Below, piece after piece: positions 23,224 through 42,233 of a DNA stretch of 64,000 bases. Source of the DNA: Dictyostelium discoideum (taxonomy: Eukaryota); the NCBI GenBank assembly GCA_000004695.1, contig CM000150.2:4096001-4160000 (forward strand), written 5' to 3'. The notes under the pieces are model-generated. The model ran no database searches. It had not been told where the DNA came from and worked only from the letters and a program-made list of their open reading frames with translations. The stretch's first letter is position 1. Each line of letters opens with the position of its first letter. The position numbers and the translations under genes are program-made.

Positions 23224-26200
23224 TTATAGAAAGTACTGAGTGAATTATTGTTTTTTTTGAGATGTTTAGGAAGTTCTATTGCGTGAAGAGGTGAGTTCCA
23301 TTGTCTGCTAAATTGTAATAGCTTTAGCGAGATTAGTGAGTCTAATTTATTTTGTTCTTCTGGCCGTTGCTTTGATTTGATTCTTAATGTTTTGTTTATA
23401 ACCGCTTGTGTCCTGTCCCATGCAGCTCTTTGTGTTTTAATTAGTTCACGTATGACTTGTTGTCTGTGAATTATTATTTCTTTTTCATCGTGAATGAGTT
23501 TATTTCTTTTGTGCCAGATTTTATCGAATATAATAGCTATTAAATTGGCTACTAGTGCAATTTGTAGATGGTTTAAAATCTTCACATTCCAGGTGTGAGT
23601 GGTGTGTCCACACTTAGTTAGGGTGTAGTTGAAGATTTCTTGTGTGTTTTTGATGTGGGCTTTGCAGTTGAAGAATATATGTTCTGAGGTCTCATCTTCC
23701 CCACACTGTTGGCATGGCATGTTGTATATTTTTGGTAGTGCTTTCAGTGTGTATCTCCATAATAGATCTCTACCTTTCATGTTTATTATTTTTTTGATTT
23801 CTTTAAATGGAAGGTGTTTGCTATTAATTTTGGTCATTATTTCTTTTTGGCCAGGAGTTGGTATGAATTTGTTGTGTTCAGGAGATTGAGTTGTCATCAT
23901 ATCTTCGTATATTTTTTTTAATTTTGGGAGGTGTTCGTAGTGTGTTTGTTTATTTTGTGGAGTTTTTAATTGGGTCCATGCTTGCTTGCATTGCCAGTGT
24001 AGTTGTAGTTGATTTTGTTTTGTTGTTGTTTTGTTGTTGTTGTTGTTTTTGAGTTCCTCTTCCCACAGTTTTATATATGAACTAGGAGTGTTACTTACTC
24101 TTTGGTGGAGGTATCTTTCGAATAACCATGCTTTCTGTGCTAGTTCTCTTGTCTTCAGGTTCCATAAGTTTAGGCCACCATTGATATAGTTGTTTTGTCT
24201 TCTTTGTAGTGAAAGAGAGTTTTTAGATTTTGTGTTGAAAACGAATTTTACGATGTTATTTTCAATACTATTGTGTTGTGGTGTGGTGTTGATGTAAGTG
24301 TGGAACGTTAACTGAGATAGTGCATATGTTTTTGCCATTATGAGTCTGCCCATATAGGTTGATGAAGTTGAGTTCCATGTTACTAGTTTAGCTCTGATGT
24401 TGTCTGAGATTGTATTGATTTTGGATTTGATACCCTTATTGTTGAAGTCAAAGCCGAGGTACCTTTCGTTTGATTTTATGACGGTGTATAGCGTTCTGGT
24501 GTTCCATTTGAAAGTGATACACGAGCATTTGGTTTGGTTTATTTTTGCGCTGGTTGCTTGGCAAAACTTCTTGATCCATTCATTCATGAGGAAATGGTCC
24601 ATAAAGTTGTATGCTATTGTTGCTGTATCATCGGCGAACTGTAGTATTTTAATGGTTTCTTTGGTTACACCATTGATGCAGCGGTCATTTATTATAGTAG
24701 TTGCCATGCATTCAACCACTAATGCGAAGATAGTGGGAGAGATAGGATCACCTTGTTTGGTTCCTCTTTTTGATGTAAAGCTTTTAGATAATGAGTTATT
24801 GATGTACACTGATGTTTCTGATTCATTGAGTAAGTTCATTATTGTGAGGACCATTTTGAGTGGTAGTTTTAGATGTGCAAGAGTACGTAGAATGGCGTTA
24901 TGTGAGATTGAATCGAATGCTTTTTCAAAATCATAAAATGTTATGATTGGTTCCATATCCTCTTTTGTGTTAATCTCTCGTTTTATTATTTCTATTGTTG
25001 AGTTTAAGGTGATGATGTTATCGTGCAGTAGTCTTCTTGGTACGAATCCAGTTTGGAATGGTGAGATTATTTTGTTTAAGAACTTCAGGATCCTATTGTT
25101 GATTATTTTCGAATAGATTTTGTAATCGACATTTAGAAGTGTTATTGGTCTATAATTATCCAGGTTGTTTGGGTCTCCTTTGTTTTTATATATAGTAATC
25201 AATATCCCTTGTTTGAAGTCCTTTGGGATTGTTGTGTTCCAGAAGTGATTGTATAGTTTTGATATTATTGGTAGAATTTCATTAATGTGGTTTTTGTAAA
25301 ATGTTGGAAGGAGTCCATCTTTACCAGGTGCTTTTCCTTCTTGTATTTTTTCAATGCCTAGTCTGATTTCATATCCTTCTATTGGTTGATTAATTTCGTC
25401 CAATATCTTTTGATCAATCCTTTTATTGAATGTTTTTAGGAGTTCGTGGTGAGTGTCTTCGTTGCATTCTCTCTTCTGGTACAGGTTCTCGTAATATCTT
25501 CTTGCTACTTCGAGGATATCCTCGTGTTTTGTTACCAAACAATTGTTGCTTGGATCTAGAATTTGAGGGATTTCATTTGTCTTTCTTTGGACTTTTAACC
25601 TTCTGGTTAAGTATTTTGATGGTGTTTCTTTGTTGTTGATGTGGGTGTTGGTTTGGTTTGCTTGTTTTATTCTTACTTGTTCCTTTAGAATATTGTTGAT
25701 CTCTTCTTTAAGGAAGATTGCTCTTGAATCTTTGGCTGTTTCGAGTTTTTCTGCGAGTTCTTTTAGTTTGTTTTTGGTTTTATTGCTTTCTCTAATTTCT
25801 ATATTAATTGACAGTTTCTTTATTTCATCTTTTAGTTTCAACCATTGTTCGCAAATGTTTAATTTGTACCATTTGCTGGTGTTCTCTTCGAATTTTTTAT
25901 TGTAGTATTTAATTGTTTTATTAATTTTGAGGCTGGTTGAATTCATTTTGAGAGTTTCTAGGTTTTGTCTCCATAGTCTTTCTCCTTTCTTTTGTTGCTC
26001 GTATTCTGGTATTTTTAATTCAATGATTACCATGTTGTGATCAGATTTTAATTTGATTTCCTTAGTAGTAACTATTGGGTTTAGATGGAGTATCTTCTTT
26101 GAGACAAAGACCCTATCGATGGTTGATTTGTTTCTTGGAAATGTGATTCCATTCTTAATTTCTGTAAATTCGAATTCGTCGAAGATTGTTTTAATATATT

Positions 26201-26441
26201 TGTTAAGGTTATTATCCACTGAACAGTCTACATTGAAGTCTCCAGTTATAATATCGCTGTGTAGTATTTCTTCTGTGAGATTTTCCTTATACCATTCATG
26301 TCTTTCGTTTGACTTTGCTGGGGCATAAATGGTTGTGCATTTGATCTGTGTTTTTGCAATCATCCATTCGGAAGATATAATTCTTTCGTTTATTGTTTTT
26401 GTTGTTGTTTTTATTTGGGTGTTGATGATGATTTGTGACAC
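23220..26441 (-). CDS. TRE5-A ORF2: apurinic-like endonuclease, reverse transcriptase and a C-terminal zinc knuckle.
   Basis: 1073-aa ORF containing ...ITGDFNVDCS... (EEP endonuclease), RT blocks ...PGKDGLLPTFYK..., LQFADDTATIAYN (YxDD-type) and CQQCGEDETSEHIFFNCKAH. Confidence 0.85.
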
Positions 26442-26653
26442 CCCTTGTCCTGTTTTATCAATTGGTGCGTGGTGTGTTATTTTGTTTTTATATTGTTGAT
26501 TTATTGAGTAAATTTTATTTGTTTTTATATTTGTTTCAGTTAGAAGTGCTGCGTCCAGCTTGTTGTTGTCTAAAACGGTGTTTATTATGCTGGCAGATTG
26601 GATGGTGTTGGATCCTTGGACGTTCCAAACACCTATTCTTATTGTGTTTTTCT

Positions 26654-27988
26654 TTATAGTTTTATTTGGGGTAGATTTTTATCTACCTTTTGAAGTTTCT
26701 GGTTTATTTTGTCTTCTAACTGATCTTTACTTTGTTCGTTGTGTTGTTGGTCTTGTGTGTTTGTGGGGTTTTTTGATTTATTGATTTGTTTTAGAATTTC
26801 CTTGTTGAAGTTGTCTATATCTTCATCCATTTTTGTTTTTATGCTTTTTTGTCCATATTCACCCAATTTTGGTTTGACTGGTGTTTTGTTGGTCTTGTTT
26901 GTTTTGTCTTGTTGTTTCTTTTTTGGTGTGTTTAACAATTTACTTGGTGAATCGATAATTTTCGATGGTGTACCATAGGTTGGGCTGAAACTCATGATAT
27001 GTTTTATTGGAGAGGAGAAGAACCATTGATTTGAAGGGATTGAAAGTGGGAATTCTATTTTTCTTATTGCATCAGTGTTTGGGCTGGTGAAGTCGAAGAT
27101 ATCATTTGCCTCTCTAAGTTTTTCTTCCGTTGTTAGTCCCTTTGTTTCGCCGTGTTGTTTTATTGGTGTATTGTATGGAGATGGTGGTTCGATAGGTTTT
27201 TCTGATTTTGTTTTAATTTCTTGATTGTTTATCGATTGTGTATTGATCTCATTCTCTATTCTTGTTAGTTCATCTACGTTTTCTAGTGATGCTTCTATTA
27301 CCTTTTGAGCTGTATCATCTAGGGCCATAAATGTTTTATCATTAGATGAGGATGTGATTGGTGGGATAATGATTGTTCTTTTTCCTTGTTTTGGTATTTG
27401 TTCTGATGTAAATTGTGGTTGTTGTTCATCTGATTGTTTTTTATTTTTGTTTTCTTCTTGATTTTCTGGTAATGAGGTTTGATCTCTCCATCCTTTGTTG
27501 GAGTGTCCAATTAATGTTAAATTGTCTAGTTCAATGATAGTGTCAAATTCTTCTACGACTCTTTTCACTGTTTTGATAATTAGAGTTTCGCCTTTAATTT
27601 CTGATTTAATTAGTTTACATCCTTCATTTTCTATTACCCATTCTATTTCTGTGAGTGATTTATACCAATCAAAATCTGTATACATATTTTTTGGTCTTAT
27701 AGTGGTTATAAATTGTCCTTTTAATTCTGCATCAAACATATTTACAAAATAGATTACTGTACTAATACTGTCTGTGAGAATTTTGAATGTATTATTACTT
27801 TTGATTAAAACATCTTTTTTGTCCAAACTTTTTTCTAAATCTTTTTTTATTTTATCGTCTGGTTCGTGATTGATGTTTATGACGTATTTGAATTGTTTTT
27901 TTTTTAATTGAGTTTTATCCACAATTTCGCTTATTTTTTGTAGGCATTTGTGTTGCTTAATATTTGTGGTGTTGTTTGTGATTTTCAT
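26654..27988 (-). CDS. TRE5-A ORF1 (444 aa).
   Basis: This ORF starts inside the B-module. Its N-terminal about 75 residues (MKITNNTTNIKQHKCLQKISEIVDKTQ...KSNNTFKILTDSIST) are identical to the partial second copy at 63771..64000. Confidence 0.8.
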   Translation of the reverse strand: MKITNNTTNIKQHKCLQKISEIVDKTQLKKKQFKYVININHEPDDKIKKDLEKSLDKKDVLIKSNNTFKILTDSISTVIYFVNMFDAELKGQFITTIRPKNMYTDFDWYKSLTEIEWVIENEGCKLIKSEIKGETLIIKTVKRVVEEFDTIIELDNLTLIGHSNKGWRDQTSLPENQEENKNKKQSDEQQPQFTSEQIPKQGKRTIIIPPITSSSNDKTFMALDDTAQKVIEASLENVDELTRIENEINTQSINNQEIKTKSEKPIEPPSPYNTPIKQHGETKGLTTEEKLREANDIFDFTSPNTDAIRKIEFPLSIPSNQWFFSSPIKHIMSFSPTYGTPSKIIDSPSKLLNTPKKKQQDKTNKTNKTPVKPKLGEYGQKSIKTKMDEDIDNFNKEILKQINKSKNPTNTQDQQHNEQSKDQLEDKINQKLQKVDKNLPQIKL

Positions 27989-28064
27989 TTTATTTTCTTT
28001 CTATCTTTTTTATTTTTCTTTAAAAAGTTAAAAATCTGGAAATTTTCTAATTAACTTGGGTTCC

Positions 28065-28107
<43 letters not shown>

Positions 28108-28110
<3 letters not shown>

Positions 28111-29175
28111 TCTTTTTTATATGAAAAATGAAATAATCAAAAAAAGAGATTGTTGTTGTTGTTTGTTTTTTTCGATCTGATTATTTTTTGCTTTTTTTTT
28201 GAAAATTTTGCTACGCAAAATTCTCAAAACGAAACAAATAATAAATTACAATAAAGTAAAAAGATGGCTTTTTAAAATAGTTTATTTATTTATTTATTTG
28301 TTTTTTAAGTCTTTTTTATATGAAAAATGAAATAATCAAAAAAAGAGATTGTTGTTGTTGTTTGTTTTTTTCGATCTGATTATTTTTTGCTTTTTTTTTG
28401 AAAATTTTGCTACGCAAAATTCTCAAAACGAAACAAATAATAAATTACAATAAAGTAAAAAGATGGCTTTTTAAAATAGTTTATTTATTTATTTATTTGT
28501 TTTTTAAGTCTTTTTTATATGAAAAATGAAATAATCAAAAAAAGAGATTGTTGTTGTTGTTTGTTTTTTTCGATCTGATTATTTTTTGCTTTTTTTTTGA
28601 AAATTTTGCTACGCAAAATTCTCAAAACGAAACAAATAATAAATTACAATAAAGTAAAAAGATGGCTTTTTAAAATAGTTTATTTATTTATTTATTTGTT
28701 TTTTAAGTCTTTTTTATATGAAAAATGAAATAATCAAAAAAAGAGATTGTTGTTGTTGTTTGTTTTTTTCGATCTGATTATTTTTTGCTTTTTTTTTGAA
28801 AATTTTGCTACGCAAAATTCTCAAAACGAAACAAATAATAAATTACAATAAAGTAAAAAGATGGCTTTTTAAAATAGTTTATTTATTTATTTATTTGTTT
28901 TTTAAGTCTTTTTTATATGAAAAATGAAATAATCAAAAAAAGAGATTGTTGTTGTTGTTTGTTTTTTTCGATCTGATTATTTTTTGCTTTTTTTTTGAAA
29001 ATTTTGCTACGCAAAATTCTCAAAACGAAACAAATAATAAATTACAATAAAGTAAAAAGATGGCTTTTTAAAATAGTTTATTTATTTATTTATTTGTTTT
29101 TTAAGTCTTTTTTATATGAAAAATGAAATAATCAAAAAAAGAGATTGTTGTTGTTGTTTGTTTTTTTCGATCTGA
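28108..29175 (-). repeat. Tandem array of the TRE5-A A-module: 5 complete 199-bp units plus a roughly 70-bp partial unit abutting the tRNA-proximal end.
   Basis: Unit starts on the plus strand (aagtcttttttatatg...) fall at 28108, 28307, 28506, 28705, 28904 and 29103, an exact 199-bp period. The same unit in reverse complement recurs at 62981-63658. Confidence 0.9.
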
Positions 29176-29225
29176 AAAAAATTTAAAATCCAAATTTGGT
29201 TAAAAAAATTTTTATTCTCATGTTA

Positions 29226-29298
29226 GCTCGATTAGCTCAGTCGGCAGAGCGTGGTGCTAATAACGCCACGGTCGCAGGTTCGATCCCTGCATCGAGCA
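29226..29298 (+). tRNA. tRNA-Ile, anticodon AAT.
   Basis: Manual cloverleaf: acceptor GCTCGAT/ATCGAGC, D-arm GCTC AGTCGGCA GAGC, anticodon stem TGGTG/CGCCA with loop CTAATAA, T-arm GCAGG TTCGATC CCTGC, discriminator A. Total 73 nt. Confidence 0.9.
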
Positions 29299-29332
29299 AA
29301 CAATTTTTTAAAAACGTAGAAATAAAATCACA

Positions 29333-29343
29333 GGTTCGATTCC
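29333..29343 (+). promoter_or_regulatory. Extra B-box (exB, GGTTCGATTCC) 35 bp downstream of tRNA-Ile.
   Basis: It matches the B-box consensus GGTTCGANTCC perfectly and lies outside the tRNA. D. discoideum tRNA genes are known to carry such a downstream external B-box. Confidence 0.7.
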
Positions 29344-29799
29344 CAACAAATAAAAATAACCAGCTAACACTATATTCCAAAATCAGCACCCCCGAATCTA
29401 GTTTCATTTGACCACCAACTAACACAAATATTACTCCTAAAAATTAACATTAAACAAAAGATTTATTATCTTATAAAAAAAAAAATTTCACCAACTAAAC
29501 AATGTGCTTGTGACAAAATATATAAACTTTTTTTTTTATTTTTTTTTTTTTTTTTTTATTTTTTTTTTTTTTTTATGCAAAGGAAATAAGATTAGATGTG
29601 TTATTCCTGGGAATTTTTTGTGACACGACAATAATTTTTTACTTTTTTTTTATTTTATTTTTTTTTCGGAAAAAAAAAATCCAAAACAATTCGAGAACCA
29701 TCATTGCTTTTTTTTTTTTTTTTTATAAGCAATATTAAAAAAAATAACATTAAAAAAAAAAAATCAATTCAAAAAAAAAAAAAAAACATAATAAAATAA

Positions 29800-31359
29800 A
29801 TGGTAGAAACAATTCTGAGTAGTTTTAAAAGACATACCAATTTGAAAATATTATATTTTTTCCAGAGTGCATCAATAGCATGTTTTCAACCATTTATTAG
29901 TATATATTTAAGAGATAAAGAATTGAAACCATCGATAATTGGTATAATAACATGTTTAATTCCGCTGATATCTTTTATTTCCTCACCAATATGGTCAAAT
30001 ATATCGGATCGTTTTGGGATACAGAAAAAAGTAGTAATTTTTAATTTATTGATATCAATGGTAGCATTATTATTATTAATTCCAAATGGTAATAATGTAG
30101 TTGGAATATTTTTTTTAATTATTTTATATAGTATTGTAACAGCACCACTTTGTCCAATTATTGATTCATTGGTAATAAAAGATTTGGGTGAAGATTCTAA
30201 ACTCTATGGTCAACAAAGATTATTTGGTGCAATTAGTTATGGTATTGTTGCATTCTTAACAGGTATTTTAATTAATCATTATAATATTAATTTTATACAT
30301 GTATTTTATGCATTTTGGGTAATGGTTTTTTTAGTTTTCTATATATTTAATCAAACTAATTATGGTTCAAAATTAAAAATTACCAAGAATTTAAAAAATC
30401 CATTTATAAAATTAAATGATAACGAAAAAACACCTGTTGGTGATGAAATTGAAATTGTTGGTAGTGTAACTCCAAATGGTGAAAATATAATATCAAATGA
30501 AAATTTAATTGTTACTGAAATAAATAATTTAGAAAATGATAATAATAATAATAATAACTCAAATTTAGGAGAAGCAATAATATCTTCTGATTATAAAAAT
30601 AATCAAAATGATAATGGAAATGATGTTTTATTAGAAAAAGAAAAAAATAATTTTATAAATAATCAAAATGATAATGAAAATACTATTGGTGGTGATGTTA
30701 AAGAAGAATCAAATGAAAATATTAAATTAACAAATAAACAAGTTTTTAAAAATATTTTAAAAAATCCTCAAATGATGATATTTTTATTAGCAATGGCTAT
30801 TTGTGGTATGACATATAATATTATTAATAGTTTTTTATTCATTTTCCTAAGGGATCATTTAAAAGCTTCAAACTTTTTATTGGGTTCAACAATGCCATTC
30901 ACAGTTGTGATGGAATTACCATTCTTTTTCTTTGGTAAACAATTATTGGAGAAAGTTGGTGTAACTAAAATGATTATGATTGGTCATACAGCTTTTATTC
31001 TTAGATTGTGCCTTTATAATATCTTTGTAATTGATTCAATTTCACCTTGGTTTATTTTACCAATTGAAACTTTACATGGTATTGCTTTTGCTACTATTTG
31101 GGGAGCAGGTGTTGAATTTTCTTCAAAAATGGCTCCAAGAGGTTACGAAACTTTTTATCAAGGTATTTTCACTGGTCTCTATTCTGGTTTAGGTTCTTGT
31201 ATTGGTTCAATACTTGGTGGTTTCATTTATGAACATAAGTCTGCATTTTATTTATTTAGATTTAATGCAATCATAACCACAACAAGTTTAATTATCTTTT
31301 CATTAACACAATTCTTTTATTCAAAGGAATTTCAAAAATTTAAAACTTTATTTAATTAA
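29800..31359 (+). CDS. Major facilitator superfamily transporter, MFSD6-like (MFS_1_like), with an Asn-rich central loop.
   Basis: The 519-aa single-exon ORF has about 12 hydrophobic helices arranged 6+6 around an N-rich loop. The N-terminal half starts ...LKILYFFQSASIACFQPFISIYLRD.... I assign the family by resemblance to MFSD6/MFS_1_like as I remember it. Confidence 0.75.
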   Translation: MVETILSSFKRHTNLKILYFFQSASIACFQPFISIYLRDKELKPSIIGIITCLIPLISFISSPIWSNISDRFGIQKKVVIFNLLISMVALLLLIPNGNNVVGIFFLIILYSIVTAPLCPIIDSLVIKDLGEDSKLYGQQRLFGAISYGIVAFLTGILINHYNINFIHVFYAFWVMVFLVFYIFNQTNYGSKLKITKNLKNPFIKLNDNEKTPVGDEIEIVGSVTPNGENIISNENLIVTEINNLENDNNNNNNSNLGEAIISSDYKNNQNDNGNDVLLEKEKNNFINNQNDNENTIGGDVKEESNENIKLTNKQVFKNILKNPQMMIFLLAMAICGMTYNIINSFLFIFLRDHLKASNFLLGSTMPFTVVMELPFFFFGKQLLEKVGVTKMIMIGHTAFILRLCLYNIFVIDSISPWFILPIETLHGIAFATIWGAGVEFSSKMAPRGYETFYQGIFTGLYSGLGSCIGSILGGFIYEHKSAFYLFRFNAIITTTSLIIFSLTQFFYSKEFQKFKTLFN

Positions 31360-31505
31360 TCACAAGAAATCTTTTTTTTCAAATTATTTAATTTATTATT
31401 ATTTAATTTGGAATAAATAAAAAATAAAATAAAATTAAATAATTTTAAAAAAAAATGTTTAAATTAATTTTGGTTTTTTTGTTTATATAAAATATATTTT
31501 ATTTT

Positions 31506-34061
<2,556 letters not shown>

Positions 34062-34683
34062 CCAATTTAAATAATTTCCAAAAAAATAATAATTGTACAA
34101 TAAAATAATAATAATTTGATATTACAAAAAATATGGTTTATTTATTTACAAATTTTAAACAAATGGTTTATATGTTTTTAGTATTTTTTATTTAATTTTT
34201 TATTTTTTTTTTAAATTCTAAAAAAAAAAAAAAAAATTCTTAAAAAGAGATTCTGAATTTTCAATACTTTGGAAATCTTAAAAAAGAAAAACCATTGGTA
34301 GTTATTGTGTATTTGTGGGTCTGTGAAAATTATTATTATTATTTTTATACTATTATCGTTTGTATTATTATTTTGAAATGTTGGGCAGCCAAAGCAATCC
34401 ATATGGGATACCTTTTTATTGTCATCTTTAAATATATATTTTTTTTTTCATTTGAACAAAAAAAAAAAAACCACACCATTTCTAAAAATAAAAATTAAAA
34501 ATGGAAATTAAAAATAAAAATACCCCAATGTTTTAAAACACACTCACACAGACACAACACTTTTTAAAAAACTATGGATTTTTAATTAAAAAAGGGGTGT
34601 GGTGTTATTTAACTTTAAGTTTTTTTTATAAAAAAAAATATATGTGTTGTTGTGCAAATTTTAACATGGTTTTTTTTTTTTTT

Positions 34684-39261
<4,578 letters not shown>

Positions 39262-40185
39262 ATCTAATAAGGTGTAATAAAATTATTTTTTTTATTTTTT
39301 TATTTTATTATTTATTTGTTAAAAATTTGAAAAAAAAAAAAAAAAAAAAACAAAAAAAAAAAAGTTTGTGTGATATATATGGAAAATTTAATTAATTAAA
39401 AAATTTAAAAAAAAATAAAAAAAAAATAAAAAAAAAAAAAAAAAAAAAAAATAAAAAAAATAAAAATAAAAAAAGTTTAAAAAAAGAAATCCATAATATG
39501 GTATCGAAAAAATAAAAAAATAAAAAAGAATAAAAAAAAAACTATGTTTTGTTTAAATGACCCTTTAATGAAAAGACAACATTTGTTTTATTTATTTTTT
39601 TTTTTATTTTTATTTTTATTTTTTTTTTATTTTTTTTTTTATATTTTATTTTTCATTTTTTTTTTTTATTTTTTTTTTATTTTGGAAATTTTTAAAGGGT
39701 TGGATGTAGTATTAAAAAGGAAGGGATGTTATCATTTAATTAATTAAATAAATTCAAAAAAACTATTTTTATTTTTAAAGACTTGAATTTCCATTAAAGT
39801 TAATTAGTCTTTTTAAAATAAATAAAAATAGTTTTTTTGAATAAAAAAAAATATCTTTATATTCAAGCCCCTATTTATTTTTAATTTTTTTTATTTTTAG
39901 CCACTTCGCAAAATTTGAAATTCTGAAAATCTTTTTTTTTAATTTTTTTTTTTTTTATTTTTTCTTTTTTTTTCTTTTAATTAAAAAGCCATAAAACCAA
40001 AATCAGCACAGTGTTTTAAAAATGAAAACAAAAGACGTTTTTTTTTGACAGATTATTATTATTTTCAAAGAACAAGATATTTTTATTGTTTTTTTTTTCC
40101 TTAATTTTCAATCAAACTTTTTTTTATAAAAAATCTTGTTTTTTTTTTTATTTTTTTTTTTTTATTTCATTCAATACAAATAAAA

Positions 40186-42233
40186 ATGACTCAAAGAAGT
40201 TTAAAGATAAATATTATTGAAGGTAAAGATTTAAAAGGATTAGATAGTGGTGGTGTTAGTGATTGTTATGTTAAATTTAAATGTGGCCCAATCTCAGCCA
40301 AAACAGAAGTAATTAAAAAATCAACAAGCCCAATTTGGAATTATATGATTAATATGTAATATTATTTTTTATTAATTATTAATATAATAATAATAATAAT
40401 ATTTATAAATAATTATATACTAATTATATATTATTTAGTGGAAATGTTGAAGAGAATACATTATTACAATTTGAATGTTTTGATTGGGAGAGAATAGGTA
40501 ATAATAGAACTATGGGAAAAACACAAGCATTTGTTAGTGATTTATCAAGTGGAGCAAAAAGAAATTTAATGGATCAATGGTTAAGATTAGATACTAAAGG
40601 ATTCATTAGAATTTCATATGAATTTACTCCACCATATCCATTAGAAACAGAATCAACCAATTCACCAAATTTATCAGTAGTTGGAAATGGTAGTAGTAGT
40701 AGTAGTAGTTTAATGTATAATCCAACACCAGTTTATTTTAAACCAATTTTCTTACCAACAATACCATCAGAAACAATAAATAATAATAAAAGTACAACAT
40801 GTCATTTTTTAATTCCAGGATCAGTTTATCAAACTAGACCATTTGTATGTGGTGAATTTGTAAATTGTTCATTAGTTTTAAATGTGTTTGAAGCAAGAAT
40901 TGTTGTTAGATCATTGAATTTATCATTTTCAGGTTCTATTACTTATAAAGGTAAAAAACAAAGAAAATTAGTTAATGATTATAGAGATTTACTATTAGGA
41001 TTTACTGGTGGTGTTCCAGTACCAAATAATAATGGTAATAATAATTTAACATCAAATAAAGTTGTATTGGAAAGAGGTAAACATGTATTTCCATTTCAAT
41101 TTTTCATTGATAAAACTTGTAAATCCACTGTGAATTTAACAGATTATAAAGTGAATTATTATCTCTCATTTCATGCTGATATTGTTAATCAACCAGATAT
41201 TTCTGCATCACAAGAGATTAAAGTTGTCAATTTAGAAGACACAGTTTATAAACAAACCATATCACCAATAAATGCACAAACATCGAAATCACCACTAACT
41301 GGTGGTAATATTTCAATTTCGTGTAAATCAGTAAAGAATAGTTTTTACCCTGGTGAAGAGATAGAGTTAGAGGTTGAGGTTAATAATAGTAGTAAAAAGA
41401 AGATAAAGAATGTTGATATTCAATTGAACAAGGTGGAATACGATGGCACTGACGTGACAGGCACCTCCTACCAATTGTTGACTATGACAAAGAAATTCTA
41501 CCCAAAGATTAAACAAAACACAGCATGCAAGCAAATGGTAGTCATTGAATTACCATCAACAACACAGTGTGTGGGTTTGATTCATTCAATAGCTGAGACT
41601 AAGATGATAAGAGTTGAGTATCATTTACTTGTGAATTTGGATATCCCAAGTTGTGTTGACCTTCGTTTGAAATTACCAATTACCATAGTTCAACCAGACC
41701 CAAAGTTTGAAACACTTCCAAATCCATTGACTGAAATTGGTAATTTACCACGTTACGTTAAAGATTGGTCAATTAAAAATTTCCATAGTTGGGTTCTATT
41801 TAAAAAACAATGTCCAGATGTGATGGCTTTGAATCCGGAATTCTATCAATATAATCTCTCTGGCTCTGATTTAATGCAACTTCCAACGGAAACCCTCTAT
41901 TCAATATTCAAAGGAGCCGGTCCAAGGACTCAAGAATTGGTTAATGATTTACAATCTCAAATCTTTGAAATTAAATTGGTTAGAAATTTCCTTAAAGAAC
42001 TTCAACTTTCAAATTTAATAGATTACTTTGAAAAACAAACTATCACTTGGGATATTCTATTACAATTAAATTATAATGAAATTTTTTCAATTACTGATAT
42101 CACTATTGGTGATGCAAAAAGAATATTTTTAAAGATTCAACAAATTCAATCTGAAAGACAAAAACAACAAGAACAACAAGAACAGCAAGTTGTTTCAAAC
42201 CTTGAAGCTGTTAGTTTACAAAAATCAGAATAA
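40186..42233 (+). CDS. Arrestin-domain-containing protein with an N-terminal C2 domain and a C-terminal SAM domain (AdcB/AdcC-like). Two exons: 40186..40355 and 40439..42233.
   Basis: Exon 1 encodes LKINIIEGKDLKGLDSGGVSDCYVKFKCGPISAKTEVIKKSTSPIWNY (C2-like). The intron runs GTAAT...TTATTTAG. The middle region is arrestin-like. The C-terminus WSIKNFHSWVLFKKQCPDVMALNPEFYQYNLSGSDLMQLPTETLYSIFKG is SAM-like and is followed by a poly-Q tail. This C2, arrestin, SAM order matches the Dictyostelium AdcB/AdcC architecture as I remember it. Confidence 0.7.

Larger units (their letters stand above)
22904..29175 (-). mobile_element. TRE5-A (DRE) non-LTR retrotransposon, apparently full-length. On the minus strand, 5' to 3', it reads: A-module array, B-module, ORF1, ORF2, internal A58, terminal B/C-like module, oligo(A). 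It sits head-to-head about 50 bp upstream of tRNA-Ile.
   Basis: The ORF2 translation has an APE-type endonuclease N-terminus, RT motifs including FADDTA, and a C-terminal CCHC knuckle. A 444-aa ORF1 lies upstream of it. Five full copies and one partial copy of the 199-bp A-module lie at 28108-29175. Position and orientation relative to a tRNA gene match what is known for TRE5-A. The oligo-T (on plus) tail is at 22904-22919. Confidence 0.85.

Noticed and set aside
23629-27510. Multiple plus-strand ORFs inside the TRE5-A body (23629..23889, 24397..24936, 25430..25905, 26053..26328, 26435..26978, 27319..27752).
   Set aside because: They are antisense to the long minus-strand ORF1/ORF2, which carry the RT and endonuclease motifs. 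They have no independent signal.
28108-29175. A regularly spaced 199-bp direct repeat array that looks superficially like a CRISPR array.
   Set aside because: This is a eukaryotic genome. The repeats are contiguous with no spacers, and they are the TRE5-A A-module lying next to ORF1/ORF2 and a tRNA gene.
29196-29425. ORFs 29196..29411 (+) and 29237..29425 (-) spanning the tRNA-Ile gene.
   Set aside because: Both are translation ghosts of the tRNA sequence (ARLAQSAERG...) and have no start context. The locus is a tRNA.
34470-34610. Imperfect inverted repeat (aaccacacc ... ggtgtggtg) in the aspartic protease 5' flank.
   Set aside because: Only 8 of 9 bases match, and the arms are about 110 bp apart. 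This is too weak to call a structured element.
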